From positions 192,001-256,000 of the forward strand of contig CAVYBU010000007.1 of assembly GCA_963766735.1 (NCBI GenBank): a stretch of DNA of 64,000 nucleotides, given 5' to 3'. Below are positions 46,918 to 56,867 of the stretch, one piece after another. Under the pieces are notes generated by a model that made no database searches, was not told where the DNA came from, and worked only from the letters and a program-made list of their open reading frames with translations. Numbering within the stretch: the stretch's first letter is position 1; every line of letters starts with the position of its first letter. Made by a program: the position numbers and the translations under genes. The DNA comes from an uncultured Chloroflexia bacterium (GTDB taxonomy: Bacteria; Chloroflexota; Limnocylindria; Limnocylindrales; CSP1-4).

Positions 46918-48645
46918 TCACCGGTCCGCGGCGAGGCGCCATGCTAGCACATCGCCAAAGCGATCGCCCGGGTCAACGATCAGCCGCGGCGTTGGCCCCT
47001 GGAGCCCCCGGGCGAGGAACACCTCGTCCGCCCAGGCGATCGGAAGGATGGGCATGCGCTCGTCCACGGCGGCCAGGAGGGCCTTCCACGCCGCCGCGCG
47101 ACCCTCCGGCGTGCCGGGAGCCCGGGCGGCCTCGAGGAGCTTGTCCAGGGCTGGATCCTGATAACCGCTGAGGTTCCTGCCGGACGCGCGGACCTGGGAT
47201 GTGGCGAGGAGCGGGTACAGGTCCGGCTCGAGGCCCGAGGCAACGTCCACCACCGCCGCCACGTAGTCTCCGGACTGCAGCCGGGTGGCGAGGTCGGCCG
47301 CCGGGACCTCGACGAGCTTCACCTCGAACCCGAGCTTCGTCCACGCATCGCGCAGGAATGCCGCCACCGAAGCCAGGCGTGGATTGGCGCTGGCGGGCAC
47401 CGTGAGGACCTCAAGGGCGTAGGCGCCCTTCGTCCTGGGCGCCACCCACTTCCCGCCCGACTTCTTGGTCCAGCCGGCGCCTGTCAGCGCCTTGGATGCC
47501 TTCTTGGGATCGAATTCGACCGGTGGTGCAACCGTCGCGTCGAATGCCCACGAGGCGGGTGGAATCAGCGCGTCGGCACGGACGGCGTCTCCGGCGAGCG
47601 CCCCGGCCACCAGCGCGTCGCGATCGACGGCCGCCAGCAATGCCCGGCGGACCTTGGCGTCGCGGAGCTCCGGATGCGACGGACGAAGGTTGAGCATCAC
47701 GGCCGAGAGCGTCGTCGTGGGGTACCGCAGGCGCTCGCTGCCCTCCGCGGCGGCAGAACCTCCCGCGGCGGCCGGCGGGTACCCAGCCGCACCATCGATC
47801 TCCCCGGTCTGCAGCGCCGTTGCGAGCGCCTCATCGGTTTCATAGAAGGACATCTCGATCCGCTCCAGGTACGGCACCGGGCGCCCTGGAGCCGGGGTCG
47901 GATATGGCGTCGCCAGCGAATCGAGGGTCGGGCCGGGAGTGGGCTCAATGGGCGGAAGGACACGCGCGGCCGGCTCCAGCACGGCGCGAGTACCGTCCAG
48001 CTCGACCAGCGCGAACGGGCCGGTTCCGACGGGCATCCGCGCGAACTCGCTATCCGCGAGGTCCGCGAACGGCACGTCGGCCAGCAGGTGGGCGGGCAGG
48101 AGAGGCTGGCAGAGGGCCGCCAGGAAGCCTCCGAGGGGCGTCGTCAGCGTGAACCTCACGGTCTTCGGTCCCAGGGCGGTGGCTGTCACATCGGCCCACG
48201 AGGGTGCACCGCCGCCCGCCGCATCCGGGCTTCTCAGGGCCTCGACCGTATAGACGACGTCGTCGGCGGTGACCGGCGCACCGTCCTGCCAGGTTGCGTC
48301 GGGCCGGATCGCCACGGTCCAGCTGGTGCCGTCCGCGTTGGCCGTCCAGGACTCCGCGAGATCCGGCTCGAAGCCGCCCGAGGGGCTTGGCCGGGCAAGG
48401 CCCGAGAAGATCAGGCCCGCCAGGGTCCGGTCGGCGCGCGAGCGTGCAGTTACGGGCGTGATGGACTCGGGCGAGCCGACAACGCCCTCGCGGTACGTCA
48501 CCGGCGGCGGCAGGCTGGCCTCCGGCGCGGAATCCAGATCGCTCTCAAGGGATCCGGGGCGCGCCTGCGGGAGCGCGATGGCACCCCCAAGCACAACGAG
48601 CACGAGGACGAGGGCGGCAATGATCGCGGTGTCGCGACGGTTCAT
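46918..48645 (-). CDS. Peptide/nickel ABC transporter substrate-binding protein (family 5)
   Basis: N-terminal TM anchor, PDLAESW, WQDGAPVTADDVVYT, PVGTGPF. Confidence 0.92.
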   Translation of the reverse strand: MNRRDTAIIAALVLVLVVLGGAIALPQARPGSLESDLDSAPEASLPPPVTYREGVVGSPESITPVTARSRADRTLAGLIFSGLARPSPSGGFEPDLAESWTANADGTSWTVAIRPDATWQDGAPVTADDVVYTVEALRSPDAAGGGAPSWADVTATALGPKTVRFTLTTPLGGFLAALCQPLLPAHLLADVPFADLADSEFARMPVGTGPFALVELDGTRAVLEPAARVLPPIEPTPGPTLDSLATPYPTPAPGRPVPYLERIEMSFYETDEALATALQTGEIDGAAGYPPAAAGGSAAAEGSERLRYPTTTLSAVMLNLRPSHPELRDAKVRRALLAAVDRDALVAGALAGDAVRADALIPPASWAFDATVAPPVEFDPKKASKALTGAGWTKKSGGKWVAPRTKGAYALEVLTVPASANPRLASVAAFLRDAWTKLGFEVKLVEVPAADLATRLQSGDYVAAVVDVASGLEPDLYPLLATSQVRASGRNLSGYQDPALDKLLEAARAPGTPEGRAAAWKALLAAVDERMPILPIAWADEVFLARGLQGPTPRLIVDPGDRFGDVLAWRLAADR

Positions 48646-48702
48646 GTGAGGACGCCTCCGGCAGGCGTGCGCGCGACGGGCGCGCAGCGGTCGACGCCGC
48701 GG

Positions 48703-48924
48703 TCAGACGACGAAGATGAAGGCGACCAGCGCGAACAGGACGAACAGCACGAGCAGCAGGACGGTGAACTGCCACAGCCGGCGCTCGACGCCCCGGCGGC
48801 TCCGGTAGACGGCCGAGTCGCCGCCGAACGTCCCGGATAGGCCCGTGCCACGATTCTGCATCAGAATCGCCGCGATCAGGGCAACGCTCACGATAATCTG
48901 GCCGATGGCCAGGATTGCGTTCAC
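48703..48924 (-). CDS. secG: Preprotein translocase subunit SecG
   Basis: 2 TM segments, LMQNRGTGLSGTFGG...RRGVE. Confidence 0.93.
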   Translation of the reverse strand: MNAILAIGQIIVSVALIAAILMQNRGTGLSGTFGGDSAVYRSRRGVERRLWQFTVLLLVLFVLFALVAFIFVV

Positions 48925-48989
48925 GGGTTGAATGACCTCCGAGGTGTACCGGAGGCGGATGGTAGCAGACCCGACGCTCCGCCTCTCGC

Positions 48990-50567
48990 TCAGGCGGGTT
49001 CGAGCAGGGACCGACCGGTCATCCCCTCCCATCGCGGCAGGCCGGCGACCTCCAGGATCGTCGGGGCGACGTCAGCCAGGACCCCGTCCCGCAGCGTTCG
49101 CCCCCCCAGGGTCCGGCCCACGCCCAGGAGCGGCACCGGGTTGAGCGAGTGCCTGGTCACCGGGTTGCCCGCCGCGTCGCGCATCTCGTCCGCGTTGCCG
49201 TGGTCGGCCGTGACGAACAACACGGCACCCGGGCCACCCGGGTCCGCGGCTTCCACCGCGTCGATGGCGTCGACGATGCGACCGAGGCAACCGTCGATCA
49301 CGCCGCAGGCGGCCACCGTGGCGTCCCAGACACCCGTGTGCCCGACCATGTCCGGATTCGCGAAGTTGGCAACGATGAAGTCGTACTGGCCCGAGCCGAT
49401 CGCGCCGACCAGCTCGTCGGTGACCCCTGCAGCGCTCATCTCCGGCTGGAGATCGTAGGTCTTCACCTTGGGCGACGGAACCAGCCGCCGCTCCTCGCCG
49501 GGCCAGGGCGTCTCCACGCCGCCGTTGAAGAAGTACGTCACGTGGGCGTATTTCTCGGTCTCGGCCACGTGGAGCTGCGTCCAGCCGGCCTCCGAGAACG
49601 CCTGGGCAAGGGAGCGTGCCTCCTCGGGGCCGAAGGCGACCTGGACCGGGAGTCCGGACTCGTACTCGGTCATGGTCACCACCAGCAGGTCTTCCGGCGC
49701 TGCCTGACCGTCGGGACCGACGCGATCGAAGGCACCGAACGCCGGGTCTGCGAGGGCGTGTACGAGCTGGCGGGCGCGGTCGGCGCGGAAGTTGACGTGC
49801 ACGATCGGATCCCCGTCACGCAGCGCGCCATCGGCCCCGTCGATGACCGTGGGGGTGACGAACTCGTCGGTCTCGCCGCGGGCGTAGGCCTCCTCGATCG
49901 CCGCCGTCGCCGACGAGGCGTGGAGCCCAGCCCCGTGAACGATGGCGTCGTAGCCACGCTCCGTGCGTTCACCGCGCTGGTCGCGGTCCATGGCGTAGTA
50001 GCGGCCACCCACGGAGGTGATCCTGGCATCAGGGTGGACGGCGGCAAGGCGTGCCTCGAGGTCTCGCATGAACCCGAGGGCCGAGCTCGGGGGCGTGTCG
50101 CGGCCGTCGAGCAGCGCGTGGATGCGCACGCTGGGGACACCCATCCGGGCGGCCAGCTCCACGAGAGCCACGAGGTGCCGGTCGTTGGCGTGGACCCCGC
50201 CGGGCCCGATCAGCCCGACGGCATGGAGACGGCCAGTCGCCCGCGCACGCTCACACGCCGCCCGGAGCGCGGGGCGGCCAAAGAACGAGCCGTCGGCGAT
50301 CGCCGCGTCGATGCGCGGGAGGTCCTGGAGGACAGGCCGTCCGGCGCCGAGATTCAGGTGGCCCACCTCGGAGTTGCCCATCTGGCCCGGCGGCAGGCCC
50401 ACGGCATCCTCGGACGCACGGAGAGCCGCATGCGGCCAGCGCGCAGTCAGGTCTCGCCAGCGAGGCATCGCGGCCGCGGTGATGGCGTCCTTCGCCGGGT
50501 CCGGGCCGATTCCGAAGCCATCGATGACGACGAGGACGATTGGGCGCGGACGGGAGCCCTCGGTCAC
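48990..50567 (-). CDS. gpmI: 2,3-BPG-independent phosphoglycerate mutase
   Basis: QMGNSEVGH, DGRDT, ETEKYAHVT, NPDMVGH, TADHGN. Confidence 0.98.
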   Translation of the reverse strand: MTEGSRPRPIVLVVIDGFGIGPDPAKDAITAAAMPRWRDLTARWPHAALRASEDAVGLPPGQMGNSEVGHLNLGAGRPVLQDLPRIDAAIADGSFFGRPALRAACERARATGRLHAVGLIGPGGVHANDRHLVALVELAARMGVPSVRIHALLDGRDTPPSSALGFMRDLEARLAAVHPDARITSVGGRYYAMDRDQRGERTERGYDAIVHGAGLHASSATAAIEEAYARGETDEFVTPTVIDGADGALRDGDPIVHVNFRADRARQLVHALADPAFGAFDRVGPDGQAAPEDLLVVTMTEYESGLPVQVAFGPEEARSLAQAFSEAGWTQLHVAETEKYAHVTYFFNGGVETPWPGEERRLVPSPKVKTYDLQPEMSAAGVTDELVGAIGSGQYDFIVANFANPDMVGHTGVWDATVAACGVIDGCLGRIVDAIDAVEAADPGGPGAVLFVTADHGNADEMRDAAGNPVTRHSLNPVPLLGVGRTLGGRTLRDGVLADVAPTILEVAGLPRWEGMTGRSLLEPA

Positions 50568-51352
50568 GAAGCCAGCCCGCGGGCCGCCGCGGTCAGGCCG
50601 GCCCGGGCCACGATCCCCGCCATCTCGTCCGGCTTGAGCGAGGCACCACCGATCAGCGCCCCATCCACGGCCGGCTCGGCGAGGAACTCGGCCGCGTTCG
50701 CCGAGGTGACGCTGCCGCCGTACAGGACGGGCGTGGCCTCGGCGCCGGCGTCCCAGCCCAGGCCGCGGAGACTCGCGCGGATGGCGTCCGCCATCGCAGC
50801 GGCATCAGCACCACGGGCGTTCTTGCCGGTCCCGATCGCCCACACGGGCTCATAGGCGATCACGATCCCCGCGGCGACAAGAACGTTCGCTTCGCGGCCC
50901 TGCAGGGCACCGCGCAGCTGGCTGTCGACCACGTCGGTCTCGCGGCCCGCCTCGCGGTCAGCCAGGACCTCGCCGACGCACAGGATCGGCCGCAGACCAC
51001 CCGCGATCGCGCGATCCAGCTTCTTCCCGATCAGCTCATCCGTCTCGGCGAAGTAGGCACGGCGTTCCGAGTGCCCCAGGATGACCCACGTCGCGAGCCC
51101 GGCCAGCATGGGCACGGAGATCTCACCGGTGTAGGCCCCGCCGAGCTCGTGGTGGACGTTCTGCGCCCCGACGCCCACATCCTCGCCCGCCAGCGCGTCA
51201 CGGACGACTGCGAGGCTCACGGACGGCGGGCAGATCACCCTCGTCACGCCGGCCTCCCGGGTGCGGGACGCGATGGTCCGCGCAAGGTCGCCGGCATCGG
51301 CGGGGGTGGTGTTCATCTTCCAGTTGGCGGCAATCACGATCGGTCGATTCAT
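50564..51352 (-). CDS. tpiA: Triosephosphate isomerase
   Basis: ANWKMN, GHSERR, AYEPVWAIGTG, YGGSV. Confidence 0.98.
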   Translation of the reverse strand: MNRPIVIAANWKMNTTPADAGDLARTIASRTREAGVTRVICPPSVSLAVVRDALAGEDVGVGAQNVHHELGGAYTGEISVPMLAGLATWVILGHSERRAYFAETDELIGKKLDRAIAGGLRPILCVGEVLADREAGRETDVVDSQLRGALQGREANVLVAAGIVIAYEPVWAIGTGKNARGADAAAMADAIRASLRGLGWDAGAEATPVLYGGSVTSANAAEFLAEPAVDGALIGGASLKPDEMAGIVARAGLTAAARGLAS

Positions 51353-51358
51353 GCACGC

Positions 51359-51367
51359 ATCATGCCA
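51359..51367 (-). promoter_or_regulatory. Extended -10 (TGGCATGAT) 6 nt before the tpiA ATG (leaderless), overlapping the whiA stop
   Basis: No SD before tpiA. Confidence 0.55.
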
Positions 51368-52289
51368 GAGGCGGACGGATCCTCCGCCGGCCGCTCGGCC
51401 CCCGACCCGCAGCCGCCCGGCCCGCGGCGGGACGGCCGTACGACTCCCCGTATCCGGCACCTGATGGCCGGGTGCGGCCCCTGAGGCCGATCCCCTCGTC
51501 GTCGTGGAGCGCCAGCCGCTCGAGGCGGTCGAGGGCACGCTGCACCGAGGAACGGTGCAGGTCGAGCCGCACGGCGATCTCCGACAGCGACGCCTCCGGC
51601 GTCTCGCGCCGAGCCTCCGCCACTGCCCGCACGGTTCGCGGCTGCTCCCCGAGCCGCCCATCCGCCTCGAGGGCATCGATTGCGGCGAGCTGCCGGCCGG
51701 CCGCGGCGACGGAGCGCCGGAGGTTGGCGGAATCCGCGTTGATGACGCGGTTGAGCTCTCCGCGCAGCGTCCTTGCCACGCTCCGTGCCTCGAGCTCCAG
51801 GAGAGATGCGCTGGCTCCGATCCGCCCGAGGAACGCGGTAATCGACTCCGCGCTCTTCCAGGTCACCACCCCGTGTCCGCGCCGGACGCGGCGGGACGCC
51901 GGGAGTCCGACCACGGCGAGCCGGGCCGCGAGGATCGGTGCCTCCTCCACGGGAACCACGAACTCAAGGTGCGCGCGGCCGGCCGCGAGGCTCAGGGATC
52001 CGCGGGCCAGGAACCGCCCGCGGAGCCACGCCCAGCGGCAATGGTCCGCGGAGCTGAACCATTCGAACTCGGTCTCGGGCATCAGGAACATGTGCCTGCC
52101 GCCCCCGGCGTGACCATCGACGGCGCGGCCACCGAGACGGACGGCGAGACGTGCGATCGAGGCCTCCCGTGAGGCCAGCAGCGGCCCGAGGCCATCGATC
52201 TCGGCGCGGCGGTCGCACGGACGGGAGGGGTCGACGGCGGCCAGCTCTGCTCGGAGCGCGGCGACGAGGTCCCGGTCTGTCCCCGACAT
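51360..52289 (-). CDS. whiA: DNA-binding protein WhiA
   Basis: WLRGRFLARGSL, NRVINADSANL, PEASLSEI HTH; follows yvcK. Confidence 0.9.
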   Translation of the reverse strand: MSGTDRDLVAALRAELAAVDPSRPCDRRAEIDGLGPLLASREASIARLAVRLGGRAVDGHAGGGRHMFLMPETEFEWFSSADHCRWAWLRGRFLARGSLSLAAGRAHLEFVVPVEEAPILAARLAVVGLPASRRVRRGHGVVTWKSAESITAFLGRIGASASLLELEARSVARTLRGELNRVINADSANLRRSVAAAGRQLAAIDALEADGRLGEQPRTVRAVAEARRETPEASLSEIAVRLDLHRSSVQRALDRLERLALHDDEGIGLRGRTRPSGAGYGESYGRPAAGRAAAGRGPSGRRRIRPPLA

Positions 52290-52299
52290 CCCGCTCCGC

Positions 52300-53685
52300 T
52301 CAGGCCGTGCGCACGAGGCGCGACGCGCTCGGGCGGCGGCGATGGCCACCCTCGCGCTCCCAGGCGGTCATGATCGCCGCCGCCAGGCGGTCCGGGGCGT
52401 GGTGGTGGGCGTTGGCAGGGTTCACGAGGTCGTCGAGGACCAGCCGTGGCACGGGCGTCGCGACCGGTGGCCACCGCAGCCGGACGGGCTCCCCTACCCA
52501 TCCTTCGGGCGCCACCGCGTCGAAGCGATTGTTCGCCAGCACGAGGTCCGGCAGATGCCCGGCGCCGTGACGCGCGAGGGCGTCCAGGTGGTCGGCCAGG
52601 TCGAAGCCGCCCGTCTCGCCGGGCTGCGTGGCGACGTTGCTCACGAACACGACCAGGGCTCCCGACCCGGCGATGGCCTCCCTGATACCGGTCACCAGGA
52701 GCGCCGGGAGCAGGCTCGTGAACAGGCTGCCGGGCCCGATGACGATGACCTCCGCCTCCGCGATGGCGCGCAACGCATCGTCGGTGGGGCGCACGCCCGC
52801 AGGTTCCACCCAGACCCGGTCGACGCGATTCGTCCGTGCGATCCTGCTCTGGCCGTCCACGGTCGTGCCGTCGTCGAGGCGAGCGTGCAGCGTGATCACG
52901 GTTCCCGTCGCCGGGACGACACGACCCCGGACGGCGAGCACCCGGTTCATCTCCCGGACGCCCTCCTCGAAGTCGCCGTCATGGATCTGCACGAGCGCCG
53001 CCAGGAGCAGGTTGCCCACGGCGTGCCCGCCCAGCCCGGCGACAGGTGCCACAGGCCCGTCCTCCGCCCGATCCGTCCCCTCCCCGCGGGCGCGACTGGC
53101 GGGGCCGTCCCCCGGGAACCGGTACTGGAGCAGCTGTCCCATCAGGGGCTCCGCGTCCGCAAGCGCCACGACGCAGTTGCGGATGTCGCCGACGGCCGGG
53201 ATACCCAACTCGGTCCGCAGCACACCGGACGAGCCGCCGTCGTCCGCGACCGTGACCACTGCGGTCAGGTTGGAGGTGTGCTCCTTGAGACCGCGGAGCA
53301 GCGCGGACAGGCCGGTGCCGCCACCGATCGCCACGATCCGCGGGCCGCGGGCGAGGAACCTCTTCTGGTAGATGACCTCCACCATCGGCTGGTCCCGGTC
53401 CCACAGGGCGAATGGATCGACCAGGGCCCGGACGAGCCGGTAGGCGCCGACGAGGAACAGGGCCAGGCCAACGGTGGCGGCGATGGCTCCGCGCACCTGG
53501 TACGGCAGGAACTGGAGCGTCAGCAGATCGAGGATGGCGCCGGCCGCCCCATCGGGTCGGCTCACCGCGGTGATCTGGCGCAGCACGTGCGCGACGCCGA
53601 GGGCCAGCACGAGCAAGCCGGCGAACGAGACGAGGAGCCACCGCTTGACGCCGATGCCGACGGTCAGCCAGCGGCGCAGGTTCAC
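52300..53685 (-). CDS. yvcK: YvcK/GlmR (CofD-like) gluconeogenesis factor with N-terminal TM segments
   Basis: GGGTGL, VADDGGSSG, GDIRNC, GPGSLFTS. Confidence 0.93.
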   Translation of the reverse strand: MNLRRWLTVGIGVKRWLLVSFAGLLVLALGVAHVLRQITAVSRPDGAAGAILDLLTLQFLPYQVRGAIAATVGLALFLVGAYRLVRALVDPFALWDRDQPMVEVIYQKRFLARGPRIVAIGGGTGLSALLRGLKEHTSNLTAVVTVADDGGSSGVLRTELGIPAVGDIRNCVVALADAEPLMGQLLQYRFPGDGPASRARGEGTDRAEDGPVAPVAGLGGHAVGNLLLAALVQIHDGDFEEGVREMNRVLAVRGRVVPATGTVITLHARLDDGTTVDGQSRIARTNRVDRVWVEPAGVRPTDDALRAIAEAEVIVIGPGSLFTSLLPALLVTGIREAIAGSGALVVFVSNVATQPGETGGFDLADHLDALARHGAGHLPDLVLANNRFDAVAPEGWVGEPVRLRWPPVATPVPRLVLDDLVNPANAHHHAPDRLAAAIMTAWEREGGHRRRPSASRLVRTA

Positions 53686-54620
53686 CGCTCGAGCTCTCGG
53701 TGAAAGACCGAGACGGGACCGAAGTCCCGCTCCCGCAACCAGGCCGCCATCTCCTCGGCCATCACGACCGAGCGATGGAAACCGCCGGTGCAGCCGATCG
53801 CGATGGTGAGGCGGGTCTTTCCTTCGTCGGCATAGGCTGGCACGAGCAGCTCGAGCAGGTCCCGGAGGCGCTCGAGGAATGCCGCCGCGATCGGCTGGCC
53901 GAGCACGTACTCGCGGACGGCGTCGGTCAGGCCATTCTGGTGGCGGAGGTGCTCGATGTAGTGGGGGTTCGTCATGAAGCGGACATCCAGCACGATATCG
54001 GCCTCCAGCGGGACGCCGTACTTGAATCCGAAGGCGATCAGCTGGATCGACAGCCGGCCCGAGCCCTGGACATCGCCCAGGCGCGCAAAGATCAGCTCAC
54101 GCAGCTCGCGCAGCGACAGGTCGCTGGTGTCCAGCACAACGTCCGCCTCGGCACGGACCGATTCGAGGAGCGCGCGCTCCATCTCGATGGAGGCTGCAAT
54201 TCCCCGCTCATCGGCCAGCGGGTGTCGGTGCCGGGTCTCCGAGAAGCGGCGGATGAGGACGTCGTCGCGCGCCTCGAGGAAGATGATGACCGGGCGGAGC
54301 CCGCGGCCCTCGAGCGCTCCGCGCATGGCGCCGAAGGCGAGGGGAACGTCCCCGGCGCGCACGTCGAGCACGATCGCGGTCCGCCGGAACCTATCCGGAT
54401 CCGTGGCGACGAGGTCCGCGAGCTCCCCGAGCAGCTCGCCGGGGAGGTTGTCGACGACGACGTAGCCGAGATCCTCGAACAGCTTGGCTGCCGCCGTCTT
54501 GCCTCCCCCAGACAGCCCGGTGACGACCACGACCTCCTGGGCGGTCACTTCCGGGACCGCCAGCCCGTCGGCACCGGGGACATGGTCGGGGATGCCGGGA
54601 GGATGAGGATCGCTCGTCAT
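53682..54620 (-). CDS. rapZ: RNase adapter RapZ (YvcJ)
   Basis: TGLSGGGKT, VDNLP, FGFKYG, GCTGGFHRSV. Confidence 0.96.
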   Translation of the reverse strand: MTSDPHPPGIPDHVPGADGLAVPEVTAQEVVVVTGLSGGGKTAAAKLFEDLGYVVVDNLPGELLGELADLVATDPDRFRRTAIVLDVRAGDVPLAFGAMRGALEGRGLRPVIIFLEARDDVLIRRFSETRHRHPLADERGIAASIEMERALLESVRAEADVVLDTSDLSLRELRELIFARLGDVQGSGRLSIQLIAFGFKYGVPLEADIVLDVRFMTNPHYIEHLRHQNGLTDAVREYVLGQPIAAAFLERLRDLLELLVPAYADEGKTRLTIAIGCTGGFHRSVVMAEEMAAWLRERDFGPVSVFHRELER

Positions 54621-54636
54621 ATCGCGACCTCCGCCG

Positions 54637-55437
54637 CTACTTGCCGCTGCGCCGGATGAAGAAGATGGTGCCCTCGAACAGCGCGTACATCGTGATCCCA
54701 AGAGCGGCCGGGCTCACCAGGTCACCCCCCGGCGTGATCGCGGTGGCGAAGATCGCGATCCCCAGGATGGCCATCCGGCGCACGCCGACGAGACGCTGCG
54801 ACGTCACGATTCCCACTCGCGACAGGCCGAACAGGAGAATCGGGAACTCCATCACCAGGCCGAACGCGAGGAACATCGTGGTCACGAAGTCGAAATAGGC
54901 ACCGGCCGTGATGAGCGGCTTCAGGTCCGGCGTCTCGAAGCCGATCAGGAACGAGGCCGCGTACGGGAGGATCATGTACGCGAGCACAGTTCCCAGGGCG
55001 AAGAAGACCAGGGCCAGCGGGAGCCAGGGTCGGACGATCCGTCTCTCGTCGGGCGTGAGCCCCGGCGCGATGAACCCCCAGACCTGCCACAGGATGACCG
55101 GCATCGCGAGGATGATGCCCACCACGATGGCGATCTTGAGGTTGATGACGAACGCGTCACCGAGCCCGGTGAAATAGAGCGGCTCGTCGCCGGGGATGGG
55201 CGCCTTGAGGAACGCGACGATCTCGCCGCTGAAGATGAAGCCGATCACCGCCGCAACCGCGACGGCGACGATCACCTTGATCAGCCTGTTCCGGAGCTCC
55301 CCGAGATGGTCAACCAGCGACATCTCCGCGGCCGCGACGGCAGGAGGCGGCTCGGGCGCGGCGGCTGAAGGCGGTTCGGGCGCGGTCGTCAGGAGCGCAG
55401 GGACGCCGGCGTCCGGGACGGCATCGGCGTCGGCCAT
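54637..55437 (-). CDS. tatC: Twin-arginine translocase subunit TatC
   Basis: [24 protein letters not shown]. Confidence 0.96.
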   Translation of the reverse strand: MADADAVPDAGVPALLTTAPEPPSAAAPEPPPAVAAAEMSLVDHLGELRNRLIKVIVAVAVAAVIGFIFSGEIVAFLKAPIPGDEPLYFTGLGDAFVINLKIAIVVGIILAMPVILWQVWGFIAPGLTPDERRIVRPWLPLALVFFALGTVLAYMILPYAASFLIGFETPDLKPLITAGAYFDFVTTMFLAFGLVMEFPILLFGLSRVGIVTSQRLVGVRRMAILGIAIFATAITPGGDLVSPAALGITMYALFEGTIFFIRRSGK

Positions 55438-55464
55438 CGCTTGCGGGCTCGAACTGGGCCGGGG

Positions 55465-55933
55465 TCAGGCGGACGGCGTCGGCTGCTCGTCGGCGACGGT
55501 GGGTTCGGCAATCCCACTCTCGGCGGCCACGGTGGCGGGGTCGGCGACGGCTTCCGTCATCGGAGCAGGGGCGACGGGTTCTGCGGCGGCAACGGGTTCT
55601 GCGGCGGCAACGGAGCGGGACTGCGGCCGCAACGGGAGCGGGAGCTGCGGCGGCAACGGGTTCTGCGCCGGCAACGGGAGCGGGAGCTGCGGCGGCAACG
55701 GGAGCTGCGGCGGCAACGGGAGCTGCGGCGGCAACGGGAGCTGCGGCGGGAGCCGGGGCCGCCTCGGGAGCCTCGAGGCTGGTGATCTCCTTGACGTCGG
55801 TCGAGGCCTTGCGGAACTCACGGATGCTCTTGCCGAGAGCGGAGCCGACGTCAGGGAGCTTGCCCGGGCCGACGACGATCAGCGCAATGATAAGGACGAT
55901 GATCAGCTCACCGGGTCCGATTCCGAACGGCAT
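55465..55933 (-). CDS. tatA: Twin-arginine translocase subunit TatA with PVAAA-repeat tail (frameshift near 55615-55625)
   Basis: [33 protein letters not shown]; the repeat tail resumes in another frame ending at 55465. Confidence 0.9.
55570..55760. repeat. Imperfect 18/24-nt coding tandem repeat ([12 protein letters not shown]) in tatA
   Basis: Repeated GCGGCGGCAACGGGAGCT units. Confidence 0.9.
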
Positions 55934-55988
55934 GACGTGGTTGAACCTCGTGGAAGGAGTGGGCCTCCTCAGGCCCTCTCGAAGGGCG

Positions 55989-56867
55989 TCAGGGTAGCAC
56001 AGCGAGCCGTCCGGCCCACTCGGCCGCAGCCATCGCGAGACGCTCGCCGGGGTCACCGGGAGCGCCGGCTGTGCCCGGTCCCAGGGCCTCCCGCGCGATC
56101 CCGCGCGATACGTTGACAAGGAGCGCGCCAGCCGCGGCGGACCCGGCCGGCCCCCCGCGCGCCGGGCCGTCGGCCATGATCGGCGTGATCTCGCCACCCT
56201 GGGCGCCGACGCCGGGAACCAGGAACGCAAGGGACGGAACGACGGCGCGGATTGCCGCCAGCTCGGCTGGCGCCGTCGCCCCCACCACCAGCCCGACGGT
56301 CCCGCCGGGACCCCACGCGACGGCACGGCGGGCGACCCTGGCCCAGAGGGGCTCGGAGGGATAGCCGGCCCGCTCGTCCGCGGTGACCACCAGGCCCTGC
56401 AGCTCGGCCGCCCCCGGGTTCGAGGTGTGGCACAGGACGTACGCGAACCGGTCCGGGCGCCCCAGGAGCGGCGCGATCGCCTCCTCTCCGAGATACGGGC
56501 TGACGGTGACCGCATCTGCCCCGAGGACGTCGAACAGGGCTGTTGCCTGGCGTGCGGCGGTCGAACCGATGTCGCCACGCTTGGAATCCGCGATGAACGG
56601 GACGTCGGGTGGGACCAGGACGCGGAGGCGCTCCAGGGCCGCGATCCCGGCCGATCCGTGGGCTTCAAAGAACGCGAGGTTCGGCTTGATGGCTGCCGCG
56701 TACGGGAGCGATGCCTCCACGATGAGCCTGGCGAACCGCTCGACGCCCGCAAGCGTCGACGGGAACCCATGCGGCAGGGCGGCGGGATCCGGGTCCACGC
56801 CAACGCACAGGACGGTCCCGGTGGTCGCGATCCTCGCGCCGAGCCGCCCGAGGTACGCGTCGATCAT
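55989..56867 (-). CDS. pyrF: Orotidine-5'-phosphate decarboxylase
   Basis: [36 protein letters not shown]. Confidence 0.96.
   Translation of the reverse strand: MIDAYLGRLGARIATTGTVLCVGVDPDPAALPHGFPSTLAGVERFARLIVEASLPYAAAIKPNLAFFEAHGSAGIAALERLRVLVPPDVPFIADSKRGDIGSTAARQATALFDVLGADAVTVSPYLGEEAIAPLLGRPDRFAYVLCHTSNPGAAELQGLVVTADERAGYPSEPLWARVARRAVAWGPGGTVGLVVGATAPAELAAIRAVVPSLAFLVPGVGAQGGEITPIMADGPARGGPAGSAAAGALLVNVSRGIAREALGPGTAGAPGDPGERLAMAAAEWAGRLAVLP

Noticed and set aside
51360-52289. LAGLIDADG homing endonuclease or mobile element
   Set aside because: This is the domesticated WhiA in its standard rapZ-yvcK-whiA context.
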